From Octopus bimaculoides (taxonomy: Eukaryota): a stretch of DNA of 64,000 nucleotides. The translations under genes were made by a program, and so were the position numbers. The stretch is from NCBI RefSeq assembly GCF_001194135.2, contig NC_068986.1, positions 70,547,288 through 70,611,287 on the forward strand. The letters run 5' to 3'. The notes beneath the pieces are model-generated. The model was not told the origin of the DNA, made no database searches, and saw nothing but the letters and a program-made list of their open reading frames with translations. This document shows, one piece after another, positions 27,141 through 41,394 of the stretch. The stretch's first letter is position 1. Each line of letters begins with the position of its first letter.

Positions 27141-28399
27141 GATGATTCTTTATCTTGTGGCTTTTTTTTGTAAGCAAAAATACTTCTAGAGCTAAAGCTG
27201 AAACAAATAGTTTAAAGTGATTTTTATGTGAGATTAGCCTCACACAGCCTGACTATAAAATTGGTAGTAATAAGACTAAAGCACTTGGTACTTGAACAAA
27301 CAAGCAAATTTACGTGCATAATAATCCATGAACTGTCTCATCACACAAATATTCTTACTATTAAACCCAAGAACAGTCTACTGTCTATGGTTCTCAGGTA
27401 CTATTTTCATTAATCATGATCTCCACATGAAAAGTCTAGTGCAGTGATCAAATGTCTACACATGAAGATACTTAGCAACATCCACTTCAAATTAATTGCT
27501 GATATGACTAATCCCTTGTATAGCTTTACTTATATTCATTCATTTAATGAATCAGTCTTCTTGATTAGCAATTACTAACCACTCATTTAGTTATTGTAGA
27601 AACCAAATTTAGCACTGATAATGAACAGTTAATTTTCAACTCTCATTTTGTAAAAGATTGTTCCTGGTAAACTTGGTAATGAACTATTTAATTACTTTAG
27701 GCACCACATGAAAATCTATAGGTGAACTGGTTGGTTTAATTATAAACTTTTTACAGACATTTAGAAATATAATTCATTATTTGGAAATTTTAGCAAATTT
27801 AGTTAAATATCTATTACATTATATGCATATATTTACATATTTGTATTTAAGTAAATACATGTGATGTTAATGAAGACAGAAGTGGGCAAGTGACTATCTG
27901 TTTATCATGACTTGAAAGTAGAAAAAGAAGGCTTGAGAAAATACAAAATTGAGTGAATAATTATACTGTTGTGTTAGACTAATGTCAGCATGATGTTGAT
28001 AACTTTGATTATCAGGAGATGATTTAATGAAAAAAGTCATCATTTCTCCTCTGACAATATAGTCCAAGGTACAGTAAAACTCACCAGTGTTTGCTCCAAA
28101 GGTGCATAATACTGTTGATTTACACTGGACTATATACTTGTTTTGATATTTGTACATTAAAGATGTGTAAGTGATATAACTTGAGAACAAACTCCTAAGT
28201 CAAGTCAGTGATGCTGGTTCAATTTCTGGTTGGACCATATCACTTACTCCTTATATTTTGCTTTTTTCCTTCCTCTCACCTTAATTCATCTGAAATTGTG
28301 CTCTCCCCTCTCTATTCTATCTTTAATGAATAGAAATGAAATATAGAAGTTAGGTGCTATGATAAGGTTTACCCATATACTTTGTAAAGTGGATGACTA

Positions 28400-28785
28400 A
28401 CCAGTGTTGGTATCATGAGGGTTAAGATCCTTGGTTTTATGAAGTACATGACAACTTCTATGGTTCTGCTACCATGACAAAATGCACCCAGTACACTCTG
28501 TAAAGTGGCTGACAAATGTGTGAAGACATTGTAGAGTCAGGAAAGCTATATGTGTGTAAGTGTACATGTCTTTGTGTCTGTGTTTGTCCCCTACCACCAC
28601 TTAACAACTGGTGTTGGTGTCTTTACATCCCCATACTTCGTGTTTCAGCAAAAGAGACCATGAGAATAAGTACCAGGTTTTAAAGGAATATAAGTGTTGG
28701 GATCACTTTGTTCAACTAAAATTCTTCAAAGCAGTACTCCAGCATGGCCACAGTCTGACTGAAGCAAGTAAAAGATAAAAGATAT
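28400..28785 (+). mobile_element. SINE family C variant
   Basis: tgtgtctgtgtttgtccc...aacaactggtgttggtg...ataagtacc...ccagcatggccacagtc...gaagcaagtaaaagataaaag. Confidence 0.7.
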
Positions 28786-29399
28786 ATTTTCATTTAATGA
28801 AATGTTTTCATTTATTTATTGCTACAAAATAACTGGTTTTGATTTATATTCTATTGAGAGAATAAGATCCTGACATTTCAGACAAAATCCTTCATCTGAG
28901 AGAGAGAAATTGTATCTTTCGGTCAAGTAAATCTGGTAGTAAATTAGATTATCTGCAAATATCTGGGAGAACACTAGAGGGAAAAGAGAAATATGTTAAG
29001 AATTAGGTTCATAGTGCAATCTAAACATTTCAAGCCAAACCAACAATGACTCCATGAACAGAGATTATGAATTTATCCTCAAATGAAGTCAGACTAATCT
29101 TGTTTCCTTCCACAGCACAAATACATAACCACTACACATTTCAAGAAAACGTAATTGCACCCCAACTCTTAAGCATGACCAGCATGTAATGAGAATCCTC
29201 AAGATGGTTACAAAATATCTTCAACTTAGCATCAAAAGATCTTCAAAAGATCTTTAACTTAGCAAATACTGCATGTCAAAGTAACCTTCTTGGTAGTCAG
29301 AATATACTTAAACTTTGAACAACTAGTACCCCTTCGCAAAATTCCAGTAAAACCTACAATGGAATGCTGCTCCTACAACTGGAATGTGCTGCTGCTACA

Positions 29400-30330
29400 C
29401 ACTTAGGCATCGTTCTCTTCTGAAAAATAACTTTTTGGCTGATTGGTATGAAGTTGCTCACCTATACTCTCCAACTTGTGGCCCACAGATGTAATGTTTC
29501 CTCTTTCTACTTTCCATACCAGCAACAGAACTGCCAGCCATTCATAAAGAATAAACAAACAGGTACTACAGTGGGGCATTTGTTTCTCATAGTTGCTGAT
29601 CTCATGTTGTCGCCATTCAGGCACTCCAAATTTGATTTGTTTCTCACACTCTCATTAGTTCCACACTAAAACCTGTCTAAAACTTCCCTTCTAGAATATC
29701 AGACTGCTGGAATTTCCTCTCTACACGTTTTAATGTAACTGTAAACTTGTAACGTTAACAAAATCAGTTTTACTTATCTTTGAAGGCTTTAGAGGTTCAT
29801 GAACATAACCCATCCTTCTAACCAAACTAATAAAGAAGTAGTAGGGGAATAAAAGTAAGATAGTTGGGGCTATTGGTTTTATTGATTTGAATAAGCCAGA
29901 TATGTTTTTTCACTCAGCATGTATGTTTATGGTGATGAAACTGGTGAAACAGAGAAGAAAATATTTGGAGGAATTATTCATGTTCTCTACAAAGTTGAGT
30001 TGGATACAAAGTGGGCATCAAATATGAAATATTTTTTGGTAGGGGTACAGCTTATGGAATCTTCCTTCCTTCCACTCTTCAAACATGATAGCTTAGAGAG
30101 CTATCATGTTTGAATAGTAGAGGGAAGGAAAATTCTTTAAAATTGAAGAAATCCTTTTAGCAAGGGACAAAAAGGACCAGTTACAGTTTGAGAGATGGCA
30201 GAGCTTGTGTATGATACACAAAGATATATCTTGCATTTCAGATGGTAGCCTTACAAGAATTGTGATGGTGAGTAGAAGCCATCCAGTTGTTGGTGTGGGT
30301 AAATGATTTTCCTTTTCCTAGGTTTTTTTT
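29400..30330 (-). mobile_element. Degenerate CR1/Jockey-like LINE fragment (endonuclease-RT linker region)
   Basis: Minus-strand translation HNSCKATI*NARY...FCPLLKGFL resembles the ARNHCK..L..AK...FW linker; low similarity. Confidence 0.35.
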
Positions 30331-30586
30331 ACTGCTGCAATACAGTTTCATGTGAAACCCTTAGATTTGGAGTTATATGTTTACAATGGAGTACCTTGTT
30401 AAAATAATAAAACAAATTATACTAATTTTTTTAACAGTTACCTGCCATTGCTACAAGTATGTATTTTAATAATTCTGTAGCAGAAACTCTATAGTACTTT
30501 AGTATAATTAACAGATTTTTTTTTTTTTTCACTTCTGTTTTCTTTATAATTGTGATTATTTATTTCTATTTTTTTTTCTGTTCTAG

Positions 30587-30705
30587 ATGGCCGTAAATCA
30601 AAGAAAGAAATTGATTCCTTGGTCAGCCCCTTTAACAAGCCACTACCTAAAGAGGATGAAGATATGTTTATTGAAGACAAACAGTCTTTTAATCAATGGG
30701 ATCCA
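30587..30705 (+). CDS. Coding exon A of PH-actin-fold fusion gene (xGRKSKKEIDSLVSPFNKPLPKEDEDMFIEDKQSFNQWDP)
   Basis: Polypyrimidine tract + ttctag acceptor, gtaag donor; 2 nt + 39 codons, no stop; ends phase 0 and joins exon B in frame. Confidence 0.75.
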
Positions 30706-31309
30706 GTAAGATATTCACTCTTTATATCCCTGTATAAATTTTATTATGTAACTGTGTTGTTATTTTTCACTTAGTCTTTGCATGGTCATCTGTAAACAAG
30801 TGTCAAAATTTCCACAAAAATTGTATTTAGAAACAAGTTGGTATTTAATATGTAACTTAATAGCCTCATTTTGTTTGATACAACAAAGTCTGGGTGACAG
30901 CATGACTTCATACTGAAATTTGATTATTGAATATACATATAACAATATGGCTGACGGGAAGCTAACTTCATTTTCCAATTTAATGGCATCCATGGGTGTT
31001 CAACAACTCTGAAATATCACAAACAAAATTACATAACAAAACAGCTATATCTTAGTGTATACTAAAGTAAGGATAATTATTATTATTTAATTACCAGTGA
31101 GATTACCTCCTGCCTAATATCATGAACTTTATTATATTTCTTTATAATACATTGTCTAGTTATTCTGTCTCCCCAATGGTTAGCCCTAAATGTCAAAGCA
31201 AAAAGTATCCATGAGAATAACATCAATTCAAAAAATAAGGTAGGACTATTTTGTATTTCACATAAATAGTTTCTATTTTGTAAACCAATATAAGCATAGT
31301 TTCATACTT

Positions 31310-31500
31310 CATCACCATCATCATCATTTGATATCCATGTTCCATGCTGGCATGGGTTGGTCTGTTTGATAGGATCCTGTGTATCCAAGGACTGCATCAT
31401 ACTCCAATGTCTGCTTTGGCATGGTTTCTACAGCTGGAAGTCCTTCCTAATGCCAACCACTTTACAATGTGTAATGAATGCTTTTTATATGCCACCCACA
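31310..31500 (-). mobile_element. RTE 3' tail fragment
   Basis: catcatcat...ccatgctggcatgggttgg...tttctacagctgg...cctaatgccaaccactttaca. Confidence 0.75.
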
Positions 31501-31947
31501 CTACTGAGATCACTATGTAGCTCACAGAACTATGAAACCTGGGTGTGGTGGTGGGTGGTCAGTTTAGTACTTGGAAACAAGGAGTTAAACTAAGAGAGAA
31601 AGATTGTCAAAACAGGTTCTTGCATAGGATCTACATAACTACTCACATTTAGAAGAAGAGAAAGGAATGATCGGTAGGGGCTGCAAAGAGATAATAGCAA
31701 TGAAGTGCCCAAGTAGTCCCACGAGACACAAAGTGAGTAGAAGCAGATGGTTTGCAACATTATATGGGGCACATTTAAAATTTTCTATTATAAGGTTTGT
31801 TAGAATCATTAACCCATATTACACAATTTCAGTACTAGTTCTATCTACATTACATTTTGGTCACCAGCTTCTCTATTTATCATCAGTTCCCTTATCTTAT
31901 ATACTTAAATCTGTTTGTAAGTTTTAGGATATACATATATACTCTTT

Positions 31948-32347
31948 CTCTTTTACTCTTTTACTTGTTTCAGTCATTTGACTGTGGCCATGCTGGAGCA
32001 CTGCCTTTAGTCAAGCAAATCGACCCCAGGACTTATTCTTTATAAGCCTAGTACTTATTCTATCGGTCTCTTTTGCCGAACTGCTAAGTTACGAGGACCT
32101 AAACACACCAGCATTGGTTGTCAAGCGATGTTGGGGGGAGAAACACAGACACACATACACATATATATATATATACATATATATGATGGGCTTCTTTCAG
32201 TTTCCGTCTACCAAATCCACTCACAAGGCTTTGGTCAGCCCGAGGCTACAGTAGAAGACACTTGCCCAAGGTGTCACGCAGTGGAACTGAACCCGGAACC
32301 ATGTGGTTCATAAGCAAGGTACTTACCACACAGCTACTCCTACGCCC
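31948..32347 (-). mobile_element. Full-length SINE family C with tRNA-like head and internal (TA)/(CA) microsatellite
   Basis: Reverse complement begins ggcgtaggagtagctgtgtggtaag...ggttccgggttcagttccactgc (A/B-box-like). Confidence 0.85.
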
Positions 32348-32435
32348 TAGAAATATATCTTTAAACCTATCTAGAATTGTATAGTGAACAATGCTTATAT
32401 ATAAATTTTTATATGGGGTACATAAAAACAACTCA

Positions 32436-32810
32436 TCATTATCAACATTTAACGTCCATTTTCTAAGCTGGCATGGGTTAGACAGGAGCTGACCAGCTGA
32501 AGGGCTGTTCAGGCTCTAAGTCTCTTTTGGTATGGTTTCTATGGTTGGATGCCCTTCCTAATGCCAACCACTTTACAGAGTGTACTGGGTGCTTTTACAC
32601 AACACTGGTATGGGTGCTTTTATGCAGCACTGGTACAGGTGCTTTTTACATGGCACCAGCACATACGAGCCCACAAGATTAGGAATGCTCAGCTGGAGAG
32701 GGTTGCAAGGAACAAGCCTGTATGCAAGGACAACCACACTTTTACTTAGCTTGACATGTCTTTTCAAGCACCGTAAACCACCAGGGGCCTCAGTCCTCTG
32801 TGAGTCCCAA
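32436..32810 (-). mobile_element. RTE 3' tail fragment
   Basis: Same 3' UTR consensus as 1363-1600. Confidence 0.7.
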
Positions 32811-33140
32811 TATTTGGGACTCACACAGTATTGGTACATAATAAAAACAACTATATTTTTGAAATCAACACTGTTATTTTAAGTTACACACGGCCACAAA
32901 TTTTATGGAAAGACTGCTGCTGTCAGATGAATTAATCTCAGAACATAACCAATACTTACTTTATTAATCCCTGGGAATAAGAAAAGACAAAACTGAACCT
33001 AGCAAAATTTGAACTCTGTACAACTTAATACTGTTTGAACACTACTACTTTTAAATTCCCACATCATTAGAATAAGGAAAGTTAAATTCTTCCAGACAAT
33101 ACTAAAACCAGATAATCTTATTGTGATAATATTCTCCCAT

Positions 33141-33340
33141 CAAAGGTGGTGAGCTGGTAGAAACATTAGCATGCCAAACAAAATACATAGCGGCTTTTCA
33201 TCCACCTTTATGTATCAAGCTCAACTTTGGCTTTCATCCTTTTGGGATCAATAAAATAAGTGCCAATTGAGCACTGAGATCAATGTAATTGACTTGACCC
33301 CTCCCTGAGCTTGCTGGCCTTGTGCCAAAATTTGAAACAC
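33141..33340 (+). mobile_element. SINE family B
   Basis: aaggtggtgagctggtagaaacattagcatgcc...ggccttgtgccaaaatttgaaa. Confidence 0.8.
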
Positions 33341-34029
33341 TCCCACCAGAAATGTTTTGTCTTTTTAGTCCATATCCTGATACCAAATATGTTCTATCCA
33401 TCTCATCTTTGTTCTGTCCCAGAGTTTTAACAACATTATTTTCATTTTTAATCAGTTAGCTTAAAGCTGTTGTAATCTACTCTCTCAAATAATTGTTTAC
33501 TTATTCTTTAATTAGTTTAAGATTGAAAAATATTTTGAAAAAATAAATTCTTTATATTAGACATTCACAAATAAATTAATAAAATATGCACTTATATATT
33601 TTATATGACATTTGATGAATAAAAGCATGTCAGTTATAGGTTTCCAATGGGATAATTCCTGTTTCATGCTTTGGCCATCAGGCCAGAACAAAATGTACGG
33701 GTGGCCTGCAGTGCAATGGTGTAAAATAAACAAACTTTAGACCAGTTAAAATAGCGAGAATTTTTCTCTTGACAATTACCTTTTTCAGGTCAAATATCTT
33801 TCAAACATATTTGAACTGATCTAAAGTTAGCTTATTTTACACTACTGCTTTTTTTTTTCTTCCTTCTATTTTGTTATCATTGATACATTTTTTGTATTTT
33901 CTCATGGGTGGTGGCTTCTATTCTGTCACCAACAATTTATGGACATACAAGAAACCAAAAACAATTATAAGTATGAAAATTCACTATGTGCTTTACATTG
34001 TTTTGTTTTTTCAATTTCAAATGATGTCA

Positions 34030-34680
34030 CCCCACTGGCTTGGTTAGCAGGCCAGCATTCTCCAGAAGGCTAATCCATCATAAGGTTACCTATTTACAGC
34101 TGAGTAGACCGAAGCAACTTGAAATGAATTGTTTTACTCAAGAATACAACATGCCACTTGGTCCCGGAGTCAAACCCACAATCTGGTGATTGTGATTACA
34201 ACACCCTAACCACTTGATCATGTGCCTTCACAATATATATATATAGTGAAATTTATTGAAAAACAAAAGACGAAGACAGGTGTATGATCAACAAGCAGGT
34301 GTATTAGTTTCATGCTCAAGAAAATGAAAAAGTCTTTTATGTTTTGAGCCTACACTCTTTCAACAGAAAGGAATAAGAAAAAATAAACAGAGAGAGAGTG
34401 AAAAAAACTTGTAGATTTAGCAGTAAAGCATGGCGAATGATTAGAAAAAAGTTTGAAAGAAGAAGTTGAAAGAAAAGGACATAATAAAGTGCTGGTGATC
34501 CCAAATGAAGGTGTGCATGTGTGTGTGTGTGTGTGTGAATAGGGGCTAGTGACTCTGACATGTGTGTCTGTAATGTTTATCTGCTCATATAGTGGTATGT
34601 GTGATGACGCTATTACATATATATTATCGACCACTCATACTCAATTTATAGAAAGAGAAAGTGACCAAGAATGAAAGAGG
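34030..34680 (-). mobile_element. tRNA-headed SINE (34030-34232) followed by a possible Penelope-like terminal fragment (34245-34680)
   Basis: SINE matches 16290-16522; minus strand tcctttctgttgaaagagtgtaggctcaaaacataaaagac resembles PLE 3' ends. Confidence 0.5.
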
Positions 34681-36659
34681 GCTGGAAAGAGAAGGGTGTG
34701 AGATAGTGAGAGAGAAACAGTGACAAAGTGCCAGGGCATACCCTCAAGGTACACATACAGGGATCAGTATGATGGTACGGAGATCAACAATGATGTAAAA
34801 TGAAGCACTGTTGTATTCTATTTTCTAATTCATGTCTCACATAAAATTAAAACTAATAAAAATGATTTCTCCTAATTAGTATCATTAAGAAAGAAGAAGT
34901 ATGAAAATTAAATGCATTTTATTAATAAATCTGTTTGGCTTCTATTTAGATTAGGTATATATTCAATGACCAAATTTATTTTATAAAAAGGAAGTTGTTA
35001 CCTGGCTGCTTTACAATAAGAGTAGCTGTTTTTCCTAAATAATGAAATTGAGTGATTATAGAGAAAATTCTTATATTCAGTATCATTATAATCATCAGTT
35101 TATTAACTGTCTTGTATTGCAATACAATTTTATTTCCTTCAGAAATTTATCTCAAAACTATTGACATCTGTGTGATTCAGACAAAACATAGCACATCCAA
35201 ATGTATCCTAAAACAATTACTGTTGAAAATAGTTTTTATTAGATTATCATTATTAAACTCATTTATTAGTTTGTCATTATTGAGATCATTTTAAAGCTTA
35301 GATTATAACAGCACTGCTTCTTTCATTGACAGTTTCATTATATCAATGTCCTGAATTTGGGTAAACAGTTTTCATGACATACCTCTCTCACTGATTGAAC
35401 CCAATCACTGCTGCATAGCTTGATATCTCTCTTGACAGAATTCTATGAGAAACTTAAAATGAAATTATCAACATTTTGGATCACACCAGAGTTATCCAAT
35501 TCCACTGGTCAAGTGGACCCATTTTGGGGAGCAAAACAGACACTTGTAAGAAATGCCATATCATTATGTGTTTTGTGTTCATTATGAAAGATCTGGTTTT
35601 TCATCAACAACCAGAGCACATCAGACTGAATGTTGTTCTCACACAAACACATATATGACAGACACACACTCATACATTATGAGAAGACAAACAAACCTTT
35701 TCATACTGTTATTTGAAATATTGGCTATTCTCTATTAATTTTGACATGAAAAATGATTTTTGTAGTTATGAACTTTTTCACATTCAGCTTCATTCAATCA
35801 TTCATTTTCATTGAACATTTTATCACAAACTGCTATTAGTTTCTATCGACTTTATTTAGCATGCATTGTCAACTGAAATTTATGTGTATTTTCATCACTT
35901 AGTTGCACATGTTTTTATATTGTGTGGTTTTTCAATATTATTTTTGTATTGTTTCAATCCATGGAGACCAACATATTTTTTGTAACATAATTTATTTTGA
36001 TATGCAAGTTATTATTATTATTTCTCAAATATTCCCTTTGACATTTATTTTGTTTTAAAATCATATATGAGTACAGTAATTCTTATCTGAATTAAGGAAA
36101 TGGTGTATTAACTTGATCCAGTTAATCTTACACATTCTTTTTTATTGGAAATATGCTGTAATTATGTTTAGCACTCTCAATAGTACATTTCACCATTACA
36201 CAATCATAGTGGTATCAGTTTAAAAGTGTTATTAAAACAGCTACTATTGCTGTTGATAATGAGATCTGAATGTCATTGCTTCCCAATGAGTCGACAAACC
36301 ATTATTGAGTGGTTGATAAATGACCCTCTTCAGCCATCAAATGCATTTTGGTTTTCCTATTTCTGCTGCACTTGCTGAGGGATCAAGTTCCTACTGCTAA
36401 GACTAAACAACGTTTAGAAGATCGTTTGCAATCCAGGCATGGACAAATTTGGTTACAGACCTTGCTTCCAACACCCATAAATGTGACAGTAAACTTCATT
36501 ACCAGATGGGAATGAATGCTGGATGTAATAAGGAGGCTAGATTTCTCATAGCATTTGATTTGAAGCACATAAAAATTATGATGTAGGTATATAAGAAAAA
36601 ATTATGGTGATGATGACAGCAGCAGTCTGAATTTAAGACTTTAATATTCAGTTGTGCGT

Positions 36660-36701
<42 letters not shown>

Positions 36702-36705
36702 TGAA

Positions 36706-36975
36706 GGTGTGTAGCCTAGTGGTTAGGGTTTTGCACTCAGGATTGCAACATTGTGGTTTCAATTCCCAGACCAGCAATATATTGTGTTCTTGAATAAAAC
36801 TTCATTTCACATTCTTCCAGTCCACTCAACTGTAAATGAGTAACCTTACGATGGACTGGCATTCTGTTCAGGGGTATGTTGGTTTGCTCATTTAACCAAT
36901 GGGCAGCATCATTCAAATGCTAAAACAATGTGGGGAAGTGCATTGTGACCAGCAGCGTATAACAATATCCAATAG
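36706..36975 (+). mobile_element. tRNA-headed SINE with gatggactggcat...caggggg-type central domain
   Basis: tgtagcctagtggttaggg...ggtttcaattcccagacc A/B boxes. Confidence 0.75.
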
Positions 36976-37910
36976 TCATCGTTTAACGTCCACTTTCCAT
37001 GCTGGCATGGGTTTGACTGAGGCTGGAAAGCCAGAAAACTGCACCAGGCTCCACTCTGATCTGGCAAAGTTTCTACAGCTGGATGCCCTTCCTAACGCCA
37101 ACCACTCTGAGAGTTTAGTGGGTGTTTTTTACGTGCCACCAGCACAAGGGCCAGTCAGGCGGTACTGGCACTGATTGCGCTTGAATGGTGCTTTTTATAT
37201 GGCACTGGCACGGGAGCCAGTCAGGTGGCACTGGCAATGACCATGTTCAAATGGTGCTTTTTATGTGCTACCAGCATGGGACCAGTCAGCCGGCACTGGC
37301 ATCAACTATGCTTGAATGGTGCCACCAGCATGGGAGTCAGTCAGACAGTACTGTCATTGGTCATGACAACAACTTCACTTGCTTCAACAGGTCTTCGCAA
37401 GCACAATTTATTGCCCAATGATTGAAGGGCACTCTTAAATGGGCTGGTTATGCTGCACTGGCATAGGTCACGCTTACAGTCTCACTTGGCGTGCCGGGTC
37501 TTCTAAAGCACAGCATATCTCCAGAGGTCTCAGCCACTTGTCATTGCCTCAGTGAAGCCTAACATTTGAAGGTCGTGCTTCACCACCTCATCCCAGGTCT
37601 TCCTGGGTCTATCTCTTCCACAGGTTCCTTCTACTGCTAGGATGTAACACTTTTTCACACAGCTGTCCTCATCCATATGCAATACCTGACCAAACTAGTG
37701 CAGTCGTCTCTCTTGTACACTACATCTGATGCTTCTCATGCCCAACTTTTCTCTCAGGGCGCTTACACTCGGTCATGTATGCACACTGACATTACACATC
37801 CAGCGGAGCATACTGGCTTCATTCCTTGCAAGCTTACACATGTCCTCAGTAGTCACAGCCCATGTTTCACTGGCATATAGCATGGCTGTTCACACGCATG
37901 CATCATATAG
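36975..37910 (-). mobile_element. RTE LINE 3' fragment (~930 bp)
   Basis: Colinear with 1363-2460, including the 65-bp tandem units and GRPRKTWDEVV. Confidence 0.88.
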
Positions 37911-37913
37911 TCT

Positions 37914-37957
<44 letters not shown>

Positions 37958-38789
37958 CATTATGTATATGTATTACTGTTCATTATGATACCTAATGTAT
38001 TCATAATATAATAATTGTACTTTTCCTGTAAAAGAAAAGTAAAGGGTAGAAGATTTCTTTGTAGCACACCTGAGCACTATATACAATAAGTTCATTACTA
38101 TATTATAAATATTAAGGACATTTAATTATAATGTACATTTTAATGTATTTAATTGTTTTAATACCTTTCTTTCCTTTATAGTTTTACTTTTGATATGTCA
38201 GCTTTTACATTTTAATTTATGTGTTTTAAATTCATTTTCAGTCTGCACTTTTTACGGATTTATACAATATCCATTTGGTTCCTGATGTAAGTTTTACATT
38301 TCATTACAATTAATCCCCAAAATGCAGTTATTTCCTGTCATTATCTTTTACATTTTTTACTAATCACAGTACAAAGAAGGGGGTTGTACATGCATGTATA
38401 AATATAATGTCTCATAATTTCAAGTCCTTTCATTGGGTTGTATTATTAAATAATAATATTTTATCTGAGTAATAAAAAATAACTCTATTCTCAGTTTTTT
38501 TTTTTTGTATTTTATAAATTGTATGATTTAAAAACTAGAAGATAAAAATAAGAAAAGAAACAGATATGTTATACTTGAAAGTAGAATAAACCAATATTAA
38601 TAAATCTACAAAATATTTCTTTGGTTTTACAATAGCCATTTCTGTTTAGCACAGATCACAAATAATGTACTAGTGAAATAACAGATTGACAGAGATCTGC
38701 ATTAACTTTATGTAGGATGCCAGGAAATATGATATATGGTTTGAAAAATAATTTCTGTCAATTGCCTTAGAAAGTTCAAATATATTGCT

Positions 38790-39000
38790 TTAAGTTTTTG
38801 GCACAAGGCCAGCAATTTTGATGAAGGGAGTAAGTCAATTATGTTGACCCCAGCATTCAATTGGTACTTATTTTATCAGCCCCCAAAAGGATGAAAGGCA
38901 AAGTCATCCTTGGAGGAATTTGAACTCAGAATGTTAAGACAAACAAAATGTCGTTAAGCATTTTGCCTGTAGTGCAAACAATTCTGCCTGCTCACTGCCT
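38790..39000 (-). mobile_element. SINE family B
   Basis: ggcacaaggccagcaatttt...aaggatgaaaggcaaagtc...gaatttgaactcagaatg. Confidence 0.8.
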
Positions 39001-41394
39001 AAAAAAATTCAATAATATTGATTACAGATATCCAATAGCAAAAATATTCTGCAATGTCTTCAAAAAATCACAAAACAAGTTGCATTGTATTCTTTTTGAT
39101 AATTTTACATTTTCATCTGTAGTATCAACTGCTTTTCAAACTATCCCAACCACAAGCAAATTGTTTGACTTTATCTCCCTTAAATGATGAAGCCTGCCTC
39201 AACCAACTCATCCTTCTCAGAAGTTATCATTCTCAGTAATTTTAATGTGCTCAGCTCTTCCTGACATTCTCACATTTCTTCTACAAATACTACTGGCACT
39301 GAGGCTGAATTATTTAATAATTTGAACATTTTGTACCAGTTAGTCTCTTCTTATACTTGTATGTCTGACTGATGTAATCTCTTTCCACAAACCCAACTTT
39401 TATCTCGTGGTCCTACTACTTCAGTTGTGAAGAATCATTAAACAAGGAAGTATGCTCGACCTTAGAGTACTACTCACATATTCAAGAAAAAAGTAGCTGT
39501 GACATACATATATATTCCAGACCATAACTGAGTAATCAGCAAACATCCAGTCATTGGCAAATTATATCCCCATCCTCTTTCTTCTGTGCTTACTAAAATC
39601 GTCTGTTATTGAACTTGCAAACAGTGCACCCAATTCTTTAGTATGTCTTCAAAACATTGCATTAAACACTTTGCCCAAGGTCCCTGCCTGCCCATATTTT
39701 CCATACATGCATCAGCCTGCAAAATTATACACTGAACATCAGCCACATCAATTCAACAGTCTGGTTGGACTTGTAAATGCTATGAGTATTACCTTTACTC
39801 TATTAGTTATAAACCTTAAACTTTACATACCATTTTAAAGTCTATTTCAGACTTTCTCAATTTTTTCGTTTCATGACATAATTATGTATCCAACATACTG
39901 TGGGACCCCATTTTTATTGCAACTTCTTTGTATTCTTGACAAATTCCATGATACTCCATTTCTGACACAAACAGTAAACAAAGTATTAAGCATAAAATAT
40001 TTATTTCAACAAAAAATAAACTTTATTACATTATGGTAGTTGATTCAAAGTAAATTTTCAAAACTAGTAGGCAAACAATAGATAATCACTGAGTCTGTTA
40101 ATGAGAAACATGGTTCTGATGTTTTTGACAAATTTTGAAAAATCTAAGGTTGGATGCCTGATGAACATACTCTTATGCTTTTCACTACATTGCTAGATGT
40201 TGCTTCTTTTTGTTTTCACACTTTTTAAGGCTGAGAAACCATACTCACTGAGCCATGAACTAGGGCAAAACTATGGTTTCTGACTGACAAACTGGATATT
40301 ATTTTTACTAGATATCCAGATGCTGTCAATAAATGATTATTTAAACTTCAACACAAGAGTGTGATCATTTTCCAAATTTACAAGCTTCTTGTTCTTGAAG
40401 TTTGAAATTTTACATATCCACTGTTTTTGAGAAAGGTTTTCTTATCCATTTGTATTTCTTGATGTTTAATTCTGGAAAGTATCATTTTAATACAGGCTAA
40501 AAACTTAACTAGTGACTTTCCACACACTCCAGTATAGCAAAATTAGGCTTTTCTTTACTTCTAAGAAGAGGAAATATATTTGTTGCTCTCCTTCACAAAT
40601 GGTGCAGCCACATCGTAATTTTATCTCAGAGAACAGAATTTGTCAGCTGAAGTTAACTTGTTCTCCATTGGTCCTTACATGCTTGTGTGCTCAAGCAGCA
40701 AGGTAAACAAGCTTTGCATACCAATAGCCATCAGTTAATAAACTCTTTTGTGCATTTTTCAAACCCTTGGGACAGACCTAGTTAACATGGTGTCACCACT
40801 CTCATCTAATATGTCACAAAATATTATTTACTTTTGTACATTTACTGCACTTTCACTGGCTAGTAGCCATCCCATACAAATTGCTTTTTCTCTACAACAA
40901 ATCTATTTTAACCTGATCCCAACTTGTAAAGCAAATAACAAACACTCTAACAAAATATTAATTAAACTGTTTCAAAATTTCAATAGAATTATACAGAAAC
41001 TTATTGTCTAAGTTCTTTTAATCCTTGTTTTAAAGAACTACATTTTTGTCTTTGCATAATTCCCATTTAATAAATAATAATTGTTGGTACTAATTATCAT
41101 ATAAATATATGCAAACACAAAAACATAACTACAAACATACTTATAGAATCACACACCAGTTACACATTCATACATATCTACACCCACACATTTATTTGCT
41201 TATATACACACAGACATGACATTTTACAAGAAAAGTGTTGTTACATTGAAATTGACAATGTTAACTAAGTATCATATGCATTGTATGTTTATGTAAATCA
41301 CCCAAACACACCTTTTACGATTGACAAGAATATTCACCTCTCCTTCTGAATCTAAATATACTCACACACAAATACACACACTGGCACATACATG

